Positions 31,203-41,959 of a DNA stretch of 64,000 nt are shown piece by piece. The stretch spans positions 128,001 through 192,000 of the forward strand of contig CAWAIF010000003.1 of assembly GCA_963782055.1 (NCBI GenBank). Reading direction: 5' to 3'. Position 1 is the first letter of the stretch. The number at the start of each line of letters is the position of its first letter. The notes beneath the pieces are model-generated. The model was not told the origin of the DNA. It ran no database searches and saw only the letters and a program-made list of their open reading frames with translations. This DNA comes from an uncultured delta proteobacterium. GTDB taxonomy: Bacteria; Myxococcota_A; Polyangia; Polyangiales; Polyangiaceae. The translations under genes were made by a program, and so were the position numbers.

Positions 31203-32050
31203 CCTGGCGCGATCGGCTCGAGGGGCTCGCGGTGCACCTGCTGCTGCTGGTGGCGGTCGCCTTCGCGCTCTACCCGCTGATGTGGGTGCTCTCGGTGGCG
31301 CTCTCCGCCGGCGGGCTCGGCGCGCACGCGGGGGCGGTGCCGCTGCCGCACCACGTGACCGGGGAGAACTTCCGCGCCGTGATGGGCGAGGGGCGCCCCC
31401 ACGGGACGATGATCTTCGCGCGACAGCTCACCAACTCCATGGTGGTCTCGGTGGCGACGGCCGCGGTGGCGGTGATCATCGCCACGCCGGCGGCGTACGC
31501 GCTCGCGCGCTTCCGCTTCGTCGGCGCGGAGGGCGGGCTGCGCGTGCTCCTCGCCACGCAGATGTTCCCCGCGGTGGCGAGCGCGGTGCCTCTCTACCTC
31601 CTCCTCGATGCGCTGCGCCTGCTGGACACGCGCGCGGGCCTGGTGCTCGTCTACGCGTCGACGGCGGTCCCCTTCGCCATCTTCCAGCTCCGGGGTGCCT
31701 TCCAGTCCATCCCGGTGGACCTGGAAGAGGCGGCGATGGTGGACGGCGCGTCGCGCGTCGGCGCCTTCGTGCGCGTCGTGCTCCCCGCCGCGCGCCCCGC
31801 GATCGCGGTGACGGCGCTCTTCGCCTTCATGAGCGCGTACAACGAGTTCATCCTCGCCGCGACCTTCCTCTCCCGCGAGACCGCCTTCACCCTCCCGGTC
31901 GTGCTGCAGCGCTATGTCGGCGAGCACGACGCCGCCTGGGGGCCCTTCGCCGCCGGGTCCATCCTGGTGAGCGTGCCGGTGATGGCGCTCTTCTACGTGG
32001 CCCAGCGGCAGCTCGTCAGCGGGCTGACGGCGGGAGGCGTGAAGGGTTAG
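31199..32050 (+). CDS. sugar ABC permease (MalG-like)
   Basis: GTG overlaps upstream stop; AAYALARFRF, QMFP, EEAAMVDGA, GLTAGGVKG end. Confidence 0.93.
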   Translation: MTWRDRLEGLAVHLLLLVAVAFALYPLMWVLSVALSAGGLGAHAGAVPLPHHVTGENFRAVMGEGRPHGTMIFARQLTNSMVVSVATAAVAVIIATPAAYALARFRFVGAEGGLRVLLATQMFPAVASAVPLYLLLDALRLLDTRAGLVLVYASTAVPFAIFQLRGAFQSIPVDLEEAAMVDGASRVGAFVRVVLPAARPAIAVTALFAFMSAYNEFILAATFLSRETAFTLPVVLQRYVGEHDAAWGPFAAGSILVSVPVMALFYVAQRQLVSGLTAGGVKG

Positions 32051-32373
32051 GGGAACTTTACGTTCGCATTTTCACTCCGCGACGCGGCAGGCGCACTAAG
32101 GGTTGGCGGGTGCGAAAAGTTGTACGAATCGGCCGATCCGTCGGATCGTACGCCGCGTGGCTACCCGCTCCGCACCTCGCGATCGCTCGCCGGCCGAGCC
32201 TCGGTCGACGTCCGCGCCGGACGCAACGGACAAGGAGCGCCGGTCGGAGGTCGACCGCCGTCGGGCCGATGATCGGCGCGTGTTCCCGCGCCCGGAAGGG
32301 CGCCGCACCGGGGGTGGGAGGCGCCGCGGAGACCCCGCCGACGCGTGAGGCATCTTAGGGGGCCCCGGAACGA

Positions 32374-33501
32374 ATGCGCCCCAGAGCCCTGGTCCTCTTC
32401 GCCGCGTTGATGCTCCTGTCCTGCAAGGGAAAGGGGACGGCGCACGGGCACGCGCGCCCGCCGCCCCTCGTCGTGGTCTCCAAGGTCGAGACGCGCGACA
32501 TGCCGGTGGAGGTCCGCGCCCCGGTGGACCTGCGGCCGCTCGCGCAGGCGGACGTCACCTCCAAGACGCTGGGGTACCTCGACGCCGTGCTGGTGGATCG
32601 GGGCGACGTGGTCAAGCGCGGCCAGCTCCTGGCGCTCGTCCGCCCGAGCAATCTCCCCGACCAGCTCGCCGCCGCGCGCGGCAACCTCGCCCAGACCGAC
32701 GCCGCCGTCCAGCTCGCCAAGACCAACCTGGACCGCGCGCAGCAGCTCGCCCCGAGCGGCGTCGTGTCGCAGCAGGAGCTGCAGACGGCGCAGTCGGCGT
32801 ACGCCACCGCCCAGGCCTCGCAGGACGCCGCCAAGAGCCAGGTCGGCGCGCTCGCGGTGCGCCTGGGCGAGACGCGCATCACCGCGCCGCTGGACGGCAT
32901 CGTCTCGGTGCGCCGGCTGGACCCGGGCGCGCTGGTGGGGCCCACCTCCGGCGGCAGCTCCATCATGACGATCGTGCGGGTGGACGTGCTGCGCGTCTTC
33001 ATCGCCATCCCGGAGCGGCAGGCCGCCGGCGTCACCGTCGGGAAGGACGCGCACGTCGAGCTGGAGGGCATGGAGGGCAAGAGCCTCAGCGGCAAGGTCG
33101 TGCGCGTCGCGCCGGTCATCGACCCGGGCACGCGCACCTTCGACGCCGAGGTCCAGCTCCCCAACCCCACCGGCGAGCTGCGCCCGGGCATGTTCGGCCG
33201 CGGCGCCATCGTCAAGGAGGTGCACCACGGCGTGCCGGTGATCCCGGCCGTCGCCCTCCTCCTCTCCGGCGAGGAGCGCTACGTCTACGTGCTCTCCGGC
33301 GACAAGGTGGAGCACCGCACGGTGACCACCGGCGTGGACGCGGGCACCGTGCTGGAGGTCACCTCCGGGCTGAAGGCCGGCGACGAGGTGGTGACCGCCG
33401 GGACCGAGGGCCTCTCCCCCGGGGAGACGGTGCGCCCGGTGCGGGGCGTGAGCCCGTACACGGGGACCCGTACCGACGGCGGCGGCGGAAGCGGGGGCTG
33501 A
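32374..33501 (+). CDS. RND efflux membrane-fusion protein
   Basis: LLSC lipobox; VDRGDVVKRGQLL, ITAPLDG, DPGTRTF, LRPGMF. Confidence 0.93.
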   Translation: MRPRALVLFAALMLLSCKGKGTAHGHARPPPLVVVSKVETRDMPVEVRAPVDLRPLAQADVTSKTLGYLDAVLVDRGDVVKRGQLLALVRPSNLPDQLAAARGNLAQTDAAVQLAKTNLDRAQQLAPSGVVSQQELQTAQSAYATAQASQDAAKSQVGALAVRLGETRITAPLDGIVSVRRLDPGALVGPTSGGSSIMTIVRVDVLRVFIAIPERQAAGVTVGKDAHVELEGMEGKSLSGKVVRVAPVIDPGTRTFDAEVQLPNPTGELRPGMFGRGAIVKEVHHGVPVIPAVALLLSGEERYVYVLSGDKVEHRTVTTGVDAGTVLEVTSGLKAGDEVVTAGTEGLSPGETVRPVRGVSPYTGTRTDGGGGSGG

Positions 33502-33504
33502 CCC

Positions 33505-36500
33505 ATGTGGCTCACGCGCCTCGCCCTGCGGAACCCCGTCTTCATCCTGATGATGTCGCTCATGACGATCGCGCTGGGCGCGGTCGCCGTGGACCGCCTG
33601 CCGGTCGACCTCTTCCCCAACATGACCATCCCGGTCATCCGCGTGGCCACCTTCTATACGGGCGCCGGCCCCGCGGACATCGAGAAGTCCATCACGCAGC
33701 CCGTCGAGCGCGCCGTCTCCGCCTCCCCCGGCGTCGACCACGTCGAGAGCACGTCCAAGCAGGGCGTCTCGGTCGTGACCGTGTACTTCGACTACGGCGT
33801 CAACCTGGACAACGCGCAGTTCGACGTGCAGCAGCGCGTCGCGCAGATCGTCAACTCCCTGCCTCCCGGCATCCAGCAGCCGTTCATCCTCAAGTTCGAC
33901 GTCACCAACATCCCTGTCGCGCAGGTCGTGGTGAGCGGCGACGGCATGGACGAAAAGCAGCTCTACGACCTCACCTACAACGTGATCGAGCCGCAGTTCG
34001 AGCGGCTGAACGGCGTGGCGAGCGCGACGGTCGCCGGCGGCAAGCAGCGCGAGATCGAGGTGAAGGTCGACCGCGACGCCCTGCGCGCGCGCAACCTGGG
34101 CATCCTGGACGTCGTCGACGCGGTGCGGACGAGCAACCTCCTCCTGCCCAGCGGTGATCTTCGCACCGGGGACCGCGACTACAACGTCTTCACCAACACG
34201 CAGGTCCAGTCGGCCAAGCCGCTGGAGGACGTGATCATGAAGACGCAGGGGCAGTCGCTCGGCCAGAGCGCCGCGGCGGTCCGCGTCGGGGACGTGGCGC
34301 GGGTGGAGGACACCACCGCCGACCAGCTCAACGTCGTGCGCATCAACGGCAAGCGCGGCGTCTTCATGCGCGTGCTCAAGCAGCCCACCGCCAACACGAT
34401 CCAGGTGGTCGACGAGGTGCGCGCGGAGATCCCCAAGCTGCGGGGCGTGCCGCCCAACGTGCACCTCGCCATCTCCTTCGACCAGTCGCGCTACATCCGG
34501 CAGGCGGTCAAGGCGCTGGAACACGAGGCGGGGCAGGGCGGCCTGCTCGCCGTCGTCGTCATCCTCGTCTTCCTCACCAGCTTCCGCGGCACCGCCATCG
34601 TCTCGGTGGCCATCCCCCTCTCCATCGTGGCGACCTTCGTGCTGCTCTACTTCACCAAGCAGTCGCTCAACGTCTTCACCCTGGGCGGGCTGGCGCTCGG
34701 CGTGGGGCGCCTGGTGGACGACTCCATCGTCGAGCTGGAGAACATCCACCGCCACCTGGACAAGGGACAGGACCGCAAGACCGCCGTCCTGGCCGCCGCC
34801 CAGGAGGTGGCGATGCCCATCCTGGTGTCGACCATCACCACCATCATCGTCTTCTTCCCGGTCCTCTTCCTGAAGGGCATCGCGCAGAACCTCTTCTTGC
34901 CGCTGGCGCTCACCATCTCCTTCGCCCTGATGATGAGCTTCTTCGTCTCGCGCACGGTGACGCCGCTGCTCAGCTACTACTGGCTGCGCCCGAGCAAGGG
35001 GGAGCGCTCCGGCATCTCCGGCTTCATCCTGGGGAGCCTGGACCGGCTGGACCGCGCGTACGCCCGAGCGCTGCGCTGGGTGCTGCGCCACCGCGCCCTC
35101 GTCATCGGCTTCATCCTGGCGTGCTTCGTCTCGTCGCTCTTCCTCTTCAAGAAGATCGGCACCGAGTTCTTCCCCCAGACCGACGAGAGCCAGGTCCAGA
35201 TCACCTTCCGCACGCCCATCGGTACGCGCGTCGAGCACACCGAGCAGGTGTCCGAGCGCATCGAGAAGGCGATCGACAAGGCGCTCGCCGCGCCGGGAGG
35301 CAAGGGCGTCTACTACAACACGGTGCTGGTGGACGACGGCCTGCCCAGCGGCCGCTCCGCCCTCTTCTCCCCCAACACCGGGCCGCACGCGGGGACGGTC
35401 TCGGTCAACCTGTTGCCGGTGGACGAGCGCCCCATCAGCGACGTCCAGGCGACGGAGAAGATCCGCGCCGCCCTCGACGACCACTTCCCCGGGACCAAGA
35501 TCTACTTCTTCACCGGCGGCATCGTGAAGCGGATCCTCAACTTCGGGTCGCCCGCGCCGATCGACGTGGAGATCCTCGGCTACGATCTGGAGAAGGGCTC
35601 GGAGTACGCCAAGGTGGTCGCGCGCGGCCTCGGGGGCGCGAAGGGCCCCGACGGCCAGCTGCTCATGACCGACGTGCAGATCTCCCGCGAGGAGAACTAC
35701 CCCGAGCTGGACATCGACGTGGACCGCGAGAAGGCGGGTCTGCTCGGCATCTCGGAGCAGACGGTCGCCCAGAGCGTGCTCACCACCCTCGTCGGCAACA
35801 CGCAGTTCTTGCCCATCCCCTTCACCGACCCCAAGAGCGGCAACGAGTACTTCATCAACGTGCGCATGCAGGACTCGGAGCGCTCGCACCTGGACGACCT
35901 GCGCGACGTCTACCTGCGCACCACCTCCGGCGGCATGGTGCCCCTGGGCAACCTGGCGCGCGTGGACCGCTCCAGCGGCCCGGTCACGATCACCCGCAAG
36001 TATTTGCAGCGCATCATCAACGTGACCGCCAACGTCGCGCCCCAGAAGGATCTCGGCGCCGCCAGCGACGCGGCGCAGAAGGTCCTCGACGACGCGCCGC
36101 CGCCGGACGGCTTCTCCGCGCGCCTGGGCGGACAGACCGCGGCGCAGAAGGAGGCCTTCGCGGGCCTCGCCTTCGCGGCCTTCATGGCGCTCGCGCTCGT
36201 CTACATGGTGCTCGCCTCGCAGTTCAAGTCGCTGGTGGACCCGCTCGTCATCATGTTCAGCGTCCCGCTCGGGATCACCGGCGTGCTCGTGGTGCTCTAC
36301 CTGACCGGCACGACCCTGAGCGTGAACAGCGCGATGGGCGTCATCATGATGGTGGGCATCGTCGTCTCCAACGGCGTCCTGCTGGTGGACTTCGCCAACG
36401 TGCTCCGCCGGCGCGGCAAGCCCCTGGTGGAGGCGACGGTCGAGGCGGCGCACACTCGCCTGCGCCCCATCCTGATGACCACCATCGCCACCGTCATGGG

Positions 36501-36696
36501 CCTCACCCCCATGGCCCTCGGCATCGGCGAGGGGAGCGAGACCAACCTCCCGCTCGCCCGGGCCGTCATCGGCGGCCTCATCGTCTCCACCGTGTTCACC
36601 CTCTTCTTGATCCCGTCGCTCTACACGCTGCTCGACCGCTTCGCCCGGCGCGAGCAGCCGGACGACGACGGCCCCACCCCGGAGGCAGCGACATGA
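33505..36696 (+). CDS. RND efflux permease (AcrB/MdtB-C family)
   Basis: LPVDLFP, GRLVDDSIVELENI, RLRPILMTT, PLARAVIGGL; 1063 aa. Confidence 0.95.
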   Translation: MWLTRLALRNPVFILMMSLMTIALGAVAVDRLPVDLFPNMTIPVIRVATFYTGAGPADIEKSITQPVERAVSASPGVDHVESTSKQGVSVVTVYFDYGVNLDNAQFDVQQRVAQIVNSLPPGIQQPFILKFDVTNIPVAQVVVSGDGMDEKQLYDLTYNVIEPQFERLNGVASATVAGGKQREIEVKVDRDALRARNLGILDVVDAVRTSNLLLPSGDLRTGDRDYNVFTNTQVQSAKPLEDVIMKTQGQSLGQSAAAVRVGDVARVEDTTADQLNVVRINGKRGVFMRVLKQPTANTIQVVDEVRAEIPKLRGVPPNVHLAISFDQSRYIRQAVKALEHEAGQGGLLAVVVILVFLTSFRGTAIVSVAIPLSIVATFVLLYFTKQSLNVFTLGGLALGVGRLVDDSIVELENIHRHLDKGQDRKTAVLAAAQEVAMPILVSTITTIIVFFPVLFLKGIAQNLFLPLALTISFALMMSFFVSRTVTPLLSYYWLRPSKGERSGISGFILGSLDRLDRAYARALRWVLRHRALVIGFILACFVSSLFLFKKIGTEFFPQTDESQVQITFRTPIGTRVEHTEQVSERIEKAIDKALAAPGGKGVYYNTVLVDDGLPSGRSALFSPNTGPHAGTVSVNLLPVDERPISDVQATEKIRAALDDHFPGTKIYFFTGGIVKRILNFGSPAPIDVEILGYDLEKGSEYAKVVARGLGGAKGPDGQLLMTDVQISREENYPELDIDVDREKAGLLGISEQTVAQSVLTTLVGNTQFLPIPFTDPKSGNEYFINVRMQDSERSHLDDLRDVYLRTTSGGMVPLGNLARVDRSSGPVTITRKYLQRIINVTANVAPQKDLGAASDAAQKVLDDAPPPDGFSARLGGQTAAQKEAFAGLAFAAFMALALVYMVLASQFKSLVDPLVIMFSVPLGITGVLVVLYLTGTTLSVNSAMGVIMMVGIVVSNGVLLVDFANVLRRRGKPLVEATVEAAHTRLRPILMTTIATVMGLTPMALGIGEGSETNLPLARAVIGGLIVSTVFTLFLIPSLYTLLDRFARREQPDDDGPTPEAAT

Positions 36697-37967
36697 CGCA
36701 CACGCGGGCGGCCCTCGCGGCCGCGGTCCTCGCGCTGGCGGCGGCGCACCCCGCGCGAGCGCAGGAGGCTACGGCGAAGATTGGCTTCGCGGCCGCGGTG
36801 AAGCAGGCGATGACGAACAACCCCACCGCCGCCCACTCGCGCGCGGAGCTCACGCGGGCCCAGGCGCTGGTGCGCGAGGTGCGCGCCGCGGCGATGCCGA
36901 CGCTCAACCTCAACGTCACCTACACCCACCTGGACGCCAACCGCACCCTCTCCTCCGGTCAGGTGATCCAGAACGCCGACTCGCTCAACGGCACCCTGGT
37001 GCTGGACGTTCCCATCCTCGCGCCCCGGCAGTGGGCCGCGTGGTCGCACCAGGTCGACGAGGTCGACGTGCAGCGCTTCACCACCGCCGACGCCGCCCGC
37101 CAGGCCGCGCTGGCCGCCGCGCGCGCGTACCTCGCCGTGATCACCAGCCAGCGGCTCGTGCAGGTGTCGCAGGTGGCGCGCGACGACGCCAAGGATCACT
37201 ACGGCTACGCCAAGACGCGGCTGGCCGGCGGCATCGGCAACACCCTGGACGAGGCCCGCGCGCGCCAGCAGCTCGCCAGCGACGAGGTGACGCTGCAGAA
37301 CGCCAACATCAGCCTCGTGCGCGCGGAGGAGACGCTCGGCGTGGTGGTGGGCGTGGACCGGCCGCTCACCGCCGATGGGGAGCCCAGGCTGGACGCGCCG
37401 GCCGACCTGGCCGCCGCCCTCACCGCGTCCGACCACCGGCCGGACCTGCGCGCGGGCGAGGCTCACGCGGAGGCGGCGCGTCACGTCGAACGCGACTCGT
37501 GGACGGACTACATGCCGATGCTCTCGGTGGCGCTCCAGGGCGCCTACCAGAACCCGCCCACCTTCGTCCTGCCGCAGACGAGCTGGGAGGCGCAGGTCTT
37601 CTTGACCGTGCCGCTCTACGACGGCGGGCTCCGCTACGGCCAGAAGGACGAGCGCGAGGCGCTCTACCAGGAGGCGCGCGTCGACCTCGCGGGTCATCAG
37701 CGGCAGGTGCGCGCCGACGTGCGCACGGCGTTCAAGGCGGCGCGTCTGGCGGACATGGCGCTGAAGGCGGCGCGCGACGCGGCGGACGCGGCCAAGCACG
37801 CGCTCGATCTGGCCGACCGCGCCTACCGCGCGGGCGCGACCGACAACCTCGCCCTCATCGACGCGCAGCGCGTCGCCCGGGACACCGCGCTGCTCGCCAC
37901 CCTCGCCGAGGACACGGCGCGGCAGGCCAAGCTGGACCTGCTCGCCGCTTCAGGTCGGTTTCCGTGA
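36693..37967 (+). CDS. TolC-family outer membrane efflux protein
   Basis: Signal peptide, two OEP repeats (PTLNL, HRPDL, VPLYDGG, YRAG); third gene of the RND operon. Confidence 0.9.
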   Translation: MTHTRAALAAAVLALAAAHPARAQEATAKIGFAAAVKQAMTNNPTAAHSRAELTRAQALVREVRAAAMPTLNLNVTYTHLDANRTLSSGQVIQNADSLNGTLVLDVPILAPRQWAAWSHQVDEVDVQRFTTADAARQAALAAARAYLAVITSQRLVQVSQVARDDAKDHYGYAKTRLAGGIGNTLDEARARQQLASDEVTLQNANISLVRAEETLGVVVGVDRPLTADGEPRLDAPADLAAALTASDHRPDLRAGEAHAEAARHVERDSWTDYMPMLSVALQGAYQNPPTFVLPQTSWEAQVFLTVPLYDGGLRYGQKDEREALYQEARVDLAGHQRQVRADVRTAFKAARLADMALKAARDAADAAKHALDLADRAYRAGATDNLALIDAQRVARDTALLATLAEDTARQAKLDLLAASGRFP

Positions 37968-38189
37968 CTCCAGGTCCGCGTTCTCGCGGGCGACGCGGGC
38001 GTGGAACTCGTCGGGCGACTCGTCCGGCTGGCGGAAGCGGTAGCCCCCGGAGCTGACAGGCGCGACGAAGTCCGCCGGCTGACTCGGGGGCGCGGCGTCG
38101 TCCGCCGACTGCTTGCGCGCCAGCGACACGGCCACGAGGACCCCGACCACGACCACCAACACGGCGCCGACGCCGAGCACGAGCAGCAT
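37950..38189 (-). CDS. small membrane-anchored hypothetical protein
   Basis: N-terminal TM helix, then GGYRFRQPDESPDEFHARVAREN. Confidence 0.6.
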   Translation of the reverse strand: MLLVLGVGAVLVVVVGVLVAVSLARKQSADDAAPPSQPADFVAPVSSGGYRFRQPDESPDEFHARVARENADLESRKPT

Positions 38190-38282
38190 GAAGGTTACCC
38201 CGTCGCAAGGCTGCCCCTGCCGCCCCGACCTGTCAACCGGGAGCGCGGACCGGCCGGCGGGGTGCTATGGCGTCTCTTCGAC

Positions 38283-39356
38283 GTGACCACCCGCAAGAGG
38301 AACCTCCTCGTGCTCCTCGCCGTCCTGGCGGTCGCCCTGGTCGGGGCGTGGTTCGGCGCGCCCCCGCCCGCGCCGGAGCGCGCGCTCGACGCCGTGCCGC
38401 GGGGGTCCTTTCTCGTCGCCACCATCGACCTCACCAGGCTGCGCGCGTCTCCCCTCGCCGCCGAGCTCGGGGTCCTGCAGGAGGTGAGCGACGTCGCCTC
38501 GCGCTGCGGCTTCAATCCGCTGGCGCGGGCCAAGGTGGTCGCCGTGGCCGTCCCGGAGGAGGAAAACGGGGAGTTCGGCCTCGCCGTCACCCACGACCTG
38601 TCCCCGGAGGAGATCCGCGGCTGCGCGTCCCGTGTCATGGCCGAGCGCGGCGCGTCACCGCGCCTGCGCCAGGAGGGCGCGTACTGGGTGCTCGACCAGG
38701 ACGAGGGCGGCGACGGGCTCGCGCAGCCGGAGATCGCCTACCGCCAGGGCGCGCCGCTGCTCGTCGGGCGCGGCGCGTGGCTCACCACCATGCGCAAGGC
38801 GCTGGACCGCGAGGTGCCCCGGCTGGACGCCAAGGACCCTCACTCCGCGCTGCGCGCCGCAGTCACCGGCCCCGACGCGCCCGCTGTCGTCGTCTCCGCG
38901 GTGCTGCCGCGCCGCCTCCGAGAGCGCCTCAAGCGGGAGATGGCCGGCGAGGCGGAGGGCCACGGCGCCGCGACGATGGACGCCGTGCTCTCCGTCTCGG
39001 AGGCGGCGGCCTCGCTCACGCTCCACGACGCGGGCAGATCGATGCACCTCGCCGTGCACCTGGTCTGCGAGGACGCCGCGTCGTGCGAGACCGTGCGCGC
39101 GTTCCTCGAGCGCAAGCGCAGCGCGATCGCCTCGCGACCGGGCGCGCACCTGGTCGGGATCGGGCAGGTGCTGGACGCGGTGCACCTGGAGGCCCACGGC
39201 GCCGCGCTCGACGCGACGCTCGACGCCCGCGTGGACGACGTCATCCGCGCCGCCCGCGCCGCCTGGAAGTACGGCTCGGCCCCCGCGCCCGCGCAGCCCC
39301 TCGACGCCGGCGTCGCGCTGCACCCGGACGAGGTGCTGCGCGCGCGCGACCGGTAG
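38283..39356 (+). CDS. membrane-anchored/secreted hypothetical protein
   Basis: RKRNLLVLLAVLAVALVGAW anchor; LDAVP…ATIDL..LR.SP pattern; codon bias. Confidence 0.7.
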   Translation: MTTRKRNLLVLLAVLAVALVGAWFGAPPPAPERALDAVPRGSFLVATIDLTRLRASPLAAELGVLQEVSDVASRCGFNPLARAKVVAVAVPEEENGEFGLAVTHDLSPEEIRGCASRVMAERGASPRLRQEGAYWVLDQDEGGDGLAQPEIAYRQGAPLLVGRGAWLTTMRKALDREVPRLDAKDPHSALRAAVTGPDAPAVVVSAVLPRRLRERLKREMAGEAEGHGAATMDAVLSVSEAAASLTLHDAGRSMHLAVHLVCEDAASCETVRAFLERKRSAIASRPGAHLVGIGQVLDAVHLEAHGAALDATLDARVDDVIRAARAAWKYGSAPAPAQPLDAGVALHPDEVLRARDR

Positions 39357-39435
39357 CCCGAGGAGGGCGCGTCGAGTGGATTTTCGGCCCCACGGGGTCT
39401 ACCCTAGGGCACGCTTCCCCACAGGAGGAGGGCCC

Positions 39436-39762
39436 ATGTCGGCGAGCAAGAACGTCATCAGCCTGAGCGACACCACCTTCGAGGACGAGGTGCTCAAGTC
39501 CTCCGCACCCGTGCTCGTGGATTTCACCGCGACGTGGTGCGGGCCGTGCAAGCAGCTCGCGCCCATCGTGGAGAAGATCGCCGACGAGAACGTGGGCAAG
39601 TACAAGGTCGCCAAGGTGGACATCGACGACTGTCCCTCGGTGGCGCAGCGGTATCGCATCAAGGGCGTGCCCACGGTGATGGTGTTCCAGGGAGGGGAGC
39701 TCAAGGGACAGCACGTCGGCGTGACCAACAAGGAGACGCTCCTCAAGCTCCTCCAGGGCTGA
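39436..39762 (+). CDS. trxA: thioredoxin
   Basis: VDFTATWCGPCK, GVPT; AGGAGGAGG RBS. Confidence 0.96.
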   Translation: MSASKNVISLSDTTFEDEVLKSSAPVLVDFTATWCGPCKQLAPIVEKIADENVGKYKVAKVDIDDCPSVAQRYRIKGVPTVMVFQGGELKGQHVGVTNKETLLKLLQG

Positions 39763-39792
39763 TCCAGCCCCCGCGCCGCCCCAAAGGAGCGA

Positions 39793-41922
39793 ATGTTCAC
39801 CAGCGACCCGCGTCTCCTCGCACTGCGTGACAGCCTGCCAGGGCAGGTGCTGCGAGGGAGCGGCCGCGTGCAGTACCACATCCGAGAGCGCATCGGCGAG
39901 GGCGGCCAGGGCTGGGTCTTCACGGCCAACTGGGACGAGCCGGGCGGCTTCGTCGTCATCGTCAAGGTGCTGCGGCCGGACGCGGTCAACTCCGACACGA
40001 TGCGCCGCTTCCAGCGGGAGGCGGACGTGCTGCGCATGCTCTCGCAGCAGGGCCAGCCCAACCCCTACATCGTCCGCTTCTACGATCACGCCACCGCGGT
40101 CATCCCGCGCCCCGGCCACGAGCCCTTCACGCTCCCCTTCACGGTGCTGGAGTACGTCAACGGCACCACGCTGGAGCGCGTGCTCGACGCGCAGCCGGGC
40201 AAGGGCCTCCCGGTGGAGCGCGTCCGGCGGCTGCTGCGGCAGGTGTCGCAGGCGCTGGAGATCGTGCACGCCAAGAAGGTCATCCACCGCGATCTCAAGC
40301 CCTCCAACATCCTCCTGGCCACCGAGGCCGGCTCGGAGATCGCCAAGGTCACCGACTTCGGACTGGTGAAGCTGGTGGACGTCGGCCTCGCGCGCACCGC
40401 CACGCTCGCCGGCGCGTCGCTCGGGTACGCGCCCCCGGAGCAGTACGAGCAGGGCAACGCCCGCGTGGGCGAGCGCACCGATGTCTTCTCCCTCGCCGCC
40501 ATCGCCTACGAGATGCTCGCCGGCAAGATGGCCTTCCCCTACCGGGACGGCGAGAACCCGCTGCTCATCGTGACGCGCATCCTCAACGAGGCGCGCCCGC
40601 AGCTCGCCAAGAACCCGGAGGGCCTCTCCGCGGAGCTGCGCGGCCGGCCGGACCTGGTCTCGGTGCTCGACACGCAGATCGGCCGCGCCCTCTCGGCGGA
40701 CCCGGCCGCGCGGCACCCGACCATCACCGACTTCTTCGCGTCCATCGAGCCGGTGCTCCGCGCCGCGGCCAGCAACCAGCGCAGCTCGGCACCGCCCCCG
40801 TCGCGCGCGCTCCCCTTCTCGGAGACGGTCCCGGCGTCCATGTCCTCGCCGCAGGTCTCCATCCAGCCCTCGCAGGTCCCGGTGATGATCCCCTCGACCA
40901 ACGCCGGCGCCATGGCCGACGCGATGCGCCGGCCCTCCGGTCCGTCGCCGGTGCCGTACGTCTCCATCTCGCCGAACGCGAGCTCCAGCGAGCACCCCAT
41001 TCGTCCCCGTGGCGACACCTCCAACCCGGCCCTCTGGACGTGGCGCGTCATCACGCCACCCATCAAGCCGGACGTGCTGCGCGCTGCCTGCTTCCTCGAG
41101 GGCGGGCAGATCGCCGCCGCCGTCGGTCCGACCGGCCTCGCCCGGTGGGAGCGCGGCCAGTGGCTCGGCGTGTCGCTGCCGCCGGGCCTCGATCCCGGAC
41201 GGGCGCGCGGGGTCAAGCTCCTGCGCGACGGCAGCACGCTCCTCTTCGGCGAGGGCGGGCTGGTCGTGCGCATCTCGCCGACGGGCGCGTTCGAGCAGCT
41301 CACCCTGGCCGACCCGCAGGCGACCCTCCACGGCGCCGTGGCCGATGGCGCGAGCGTCACCCTCGTGGGCGACCGGCCCGCGCGGACGCTGGGGAGCGCC
41401 CCGGACGCCCGCGTCGGCTTCGTCGTGCAGTACCAGGGGCCCGGCATCTCCATGCTCGCCGATGTCGCGCAGGTCACGCGTCTGCGCGCGGTCACGCACC
41501 TGACCGCCGGCGTGTCCCTCGCCACCGGCGACCGCGGCGCCCTCGTCCGCATCGAGTCGGGCGTGGCGCGCTACGTCGGCTCCCTCTGCAATGGCGACCT
41601 CATGGATGTCGTCGCCTTGCCGGACGGCGGCGCGGTCACCGTCGGCACCGGTGGCCACGCGCTGACGATCACGCCCGCGATGCAGTGGCACCTGGAGGCG
41701 GTGCAGACCACCGCCGACCTCACCTCGGCGTGCGTCACCGCGGAGGGCACCGCGTGGGCGGGCGCGCAGAAGACCCGCATCGTCCGCCGCACGGGGGAAG
41801 CGTGGGTCCGCATGTCTGCGGAGGTGGGGGTCCAGTCGCCGGTGCGCGCGCTCTGGGCGGGGGCGCGCATCGTCCGCGCGCTCTGCGACGACGGCGCCGT
41901 GATCGAGGGCCGCCTCCCGTAA
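39793..41922 (+). CDS. Hanks-type Ser/Thr protein kinase with Pro/Ser linker and C-terminal beta-propeller-like domain
   Basis: IGEGGQGWV, VKVL, HRDLKPSN, DFG, YAPPEQ, DVFSL; no TM segment seen. Confidence 0.93.
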   Translation: MFTSDPRLLALRDSLPGQVLRGSGRVQYHIRERIGEGGQGWVFTANWDEPGGFVVIVKVLRPDAVNSDTMRRFQREADVLRMLSQQGQPNPYIVRFYDHATAVIPRPGHEPFTLPFTVLEYVNGTTLERVLDAQPGKGLPVERVRRLLRQVSQALEIVHAKKVIHRDLKPSNILLATEAGSEIAKVTDFGLVKLVDVGLARTATLAGASLGYAPPEQYEQGNARVGERTDVFSLAAIAYEMLAGKMAFPYRDGENPLLIVTRILNEARPQLAKNPEGLSAELRGRPDLVSVLDTQIGRALSADPAARHPTITDFFASIEPVLRAAASNQRSSAPPPSRALPFSETVPASMSSPQVSIQPSQVPVMIPSTNAGAMADAMRRPSGPSPVPYVSISPNASSSEHPIRPRGDTSNPALWTWRVITPPIKPDVLRAACFLEGGQIAAAVGPTGLARWERGQWLGVSLPPGLDPGRARGVKLLRDGSTLLFGEGGLVVRISPTGAFEQLTLADPQATLHGAVADGASVTLVGDRPARTLGSAPDARVGFVVQYQGPGISMLADVAQVTRLRAVTHLTAGVSLATGDRGALVRIESGVARYVGSLCNGDLMDVVALPDGGAVTVGTGGHALTITPAMQWHLEAVQTTADLTSACVTAEGTAWAGAQKTRIVRRTGEAWVRMSAEVGVQSPVRALWAGARIVRALCDDGAVIEGRLP

Positions 41923-41959
41923 CCCCGCGCCGCGAGGACGCGGCCGCACTCACCGAAGC

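Noticed and set aside
32161..36453. 1430-aa minus-strand ORF and other very long antisense ORFs (2471-5590, 9099-11753, 39241-41949, 57061-60594, 61848-63839)
   Set aside because: Shadows of real high-GC genes on the opposite strand, with no motifs and R/G/A-biased composition
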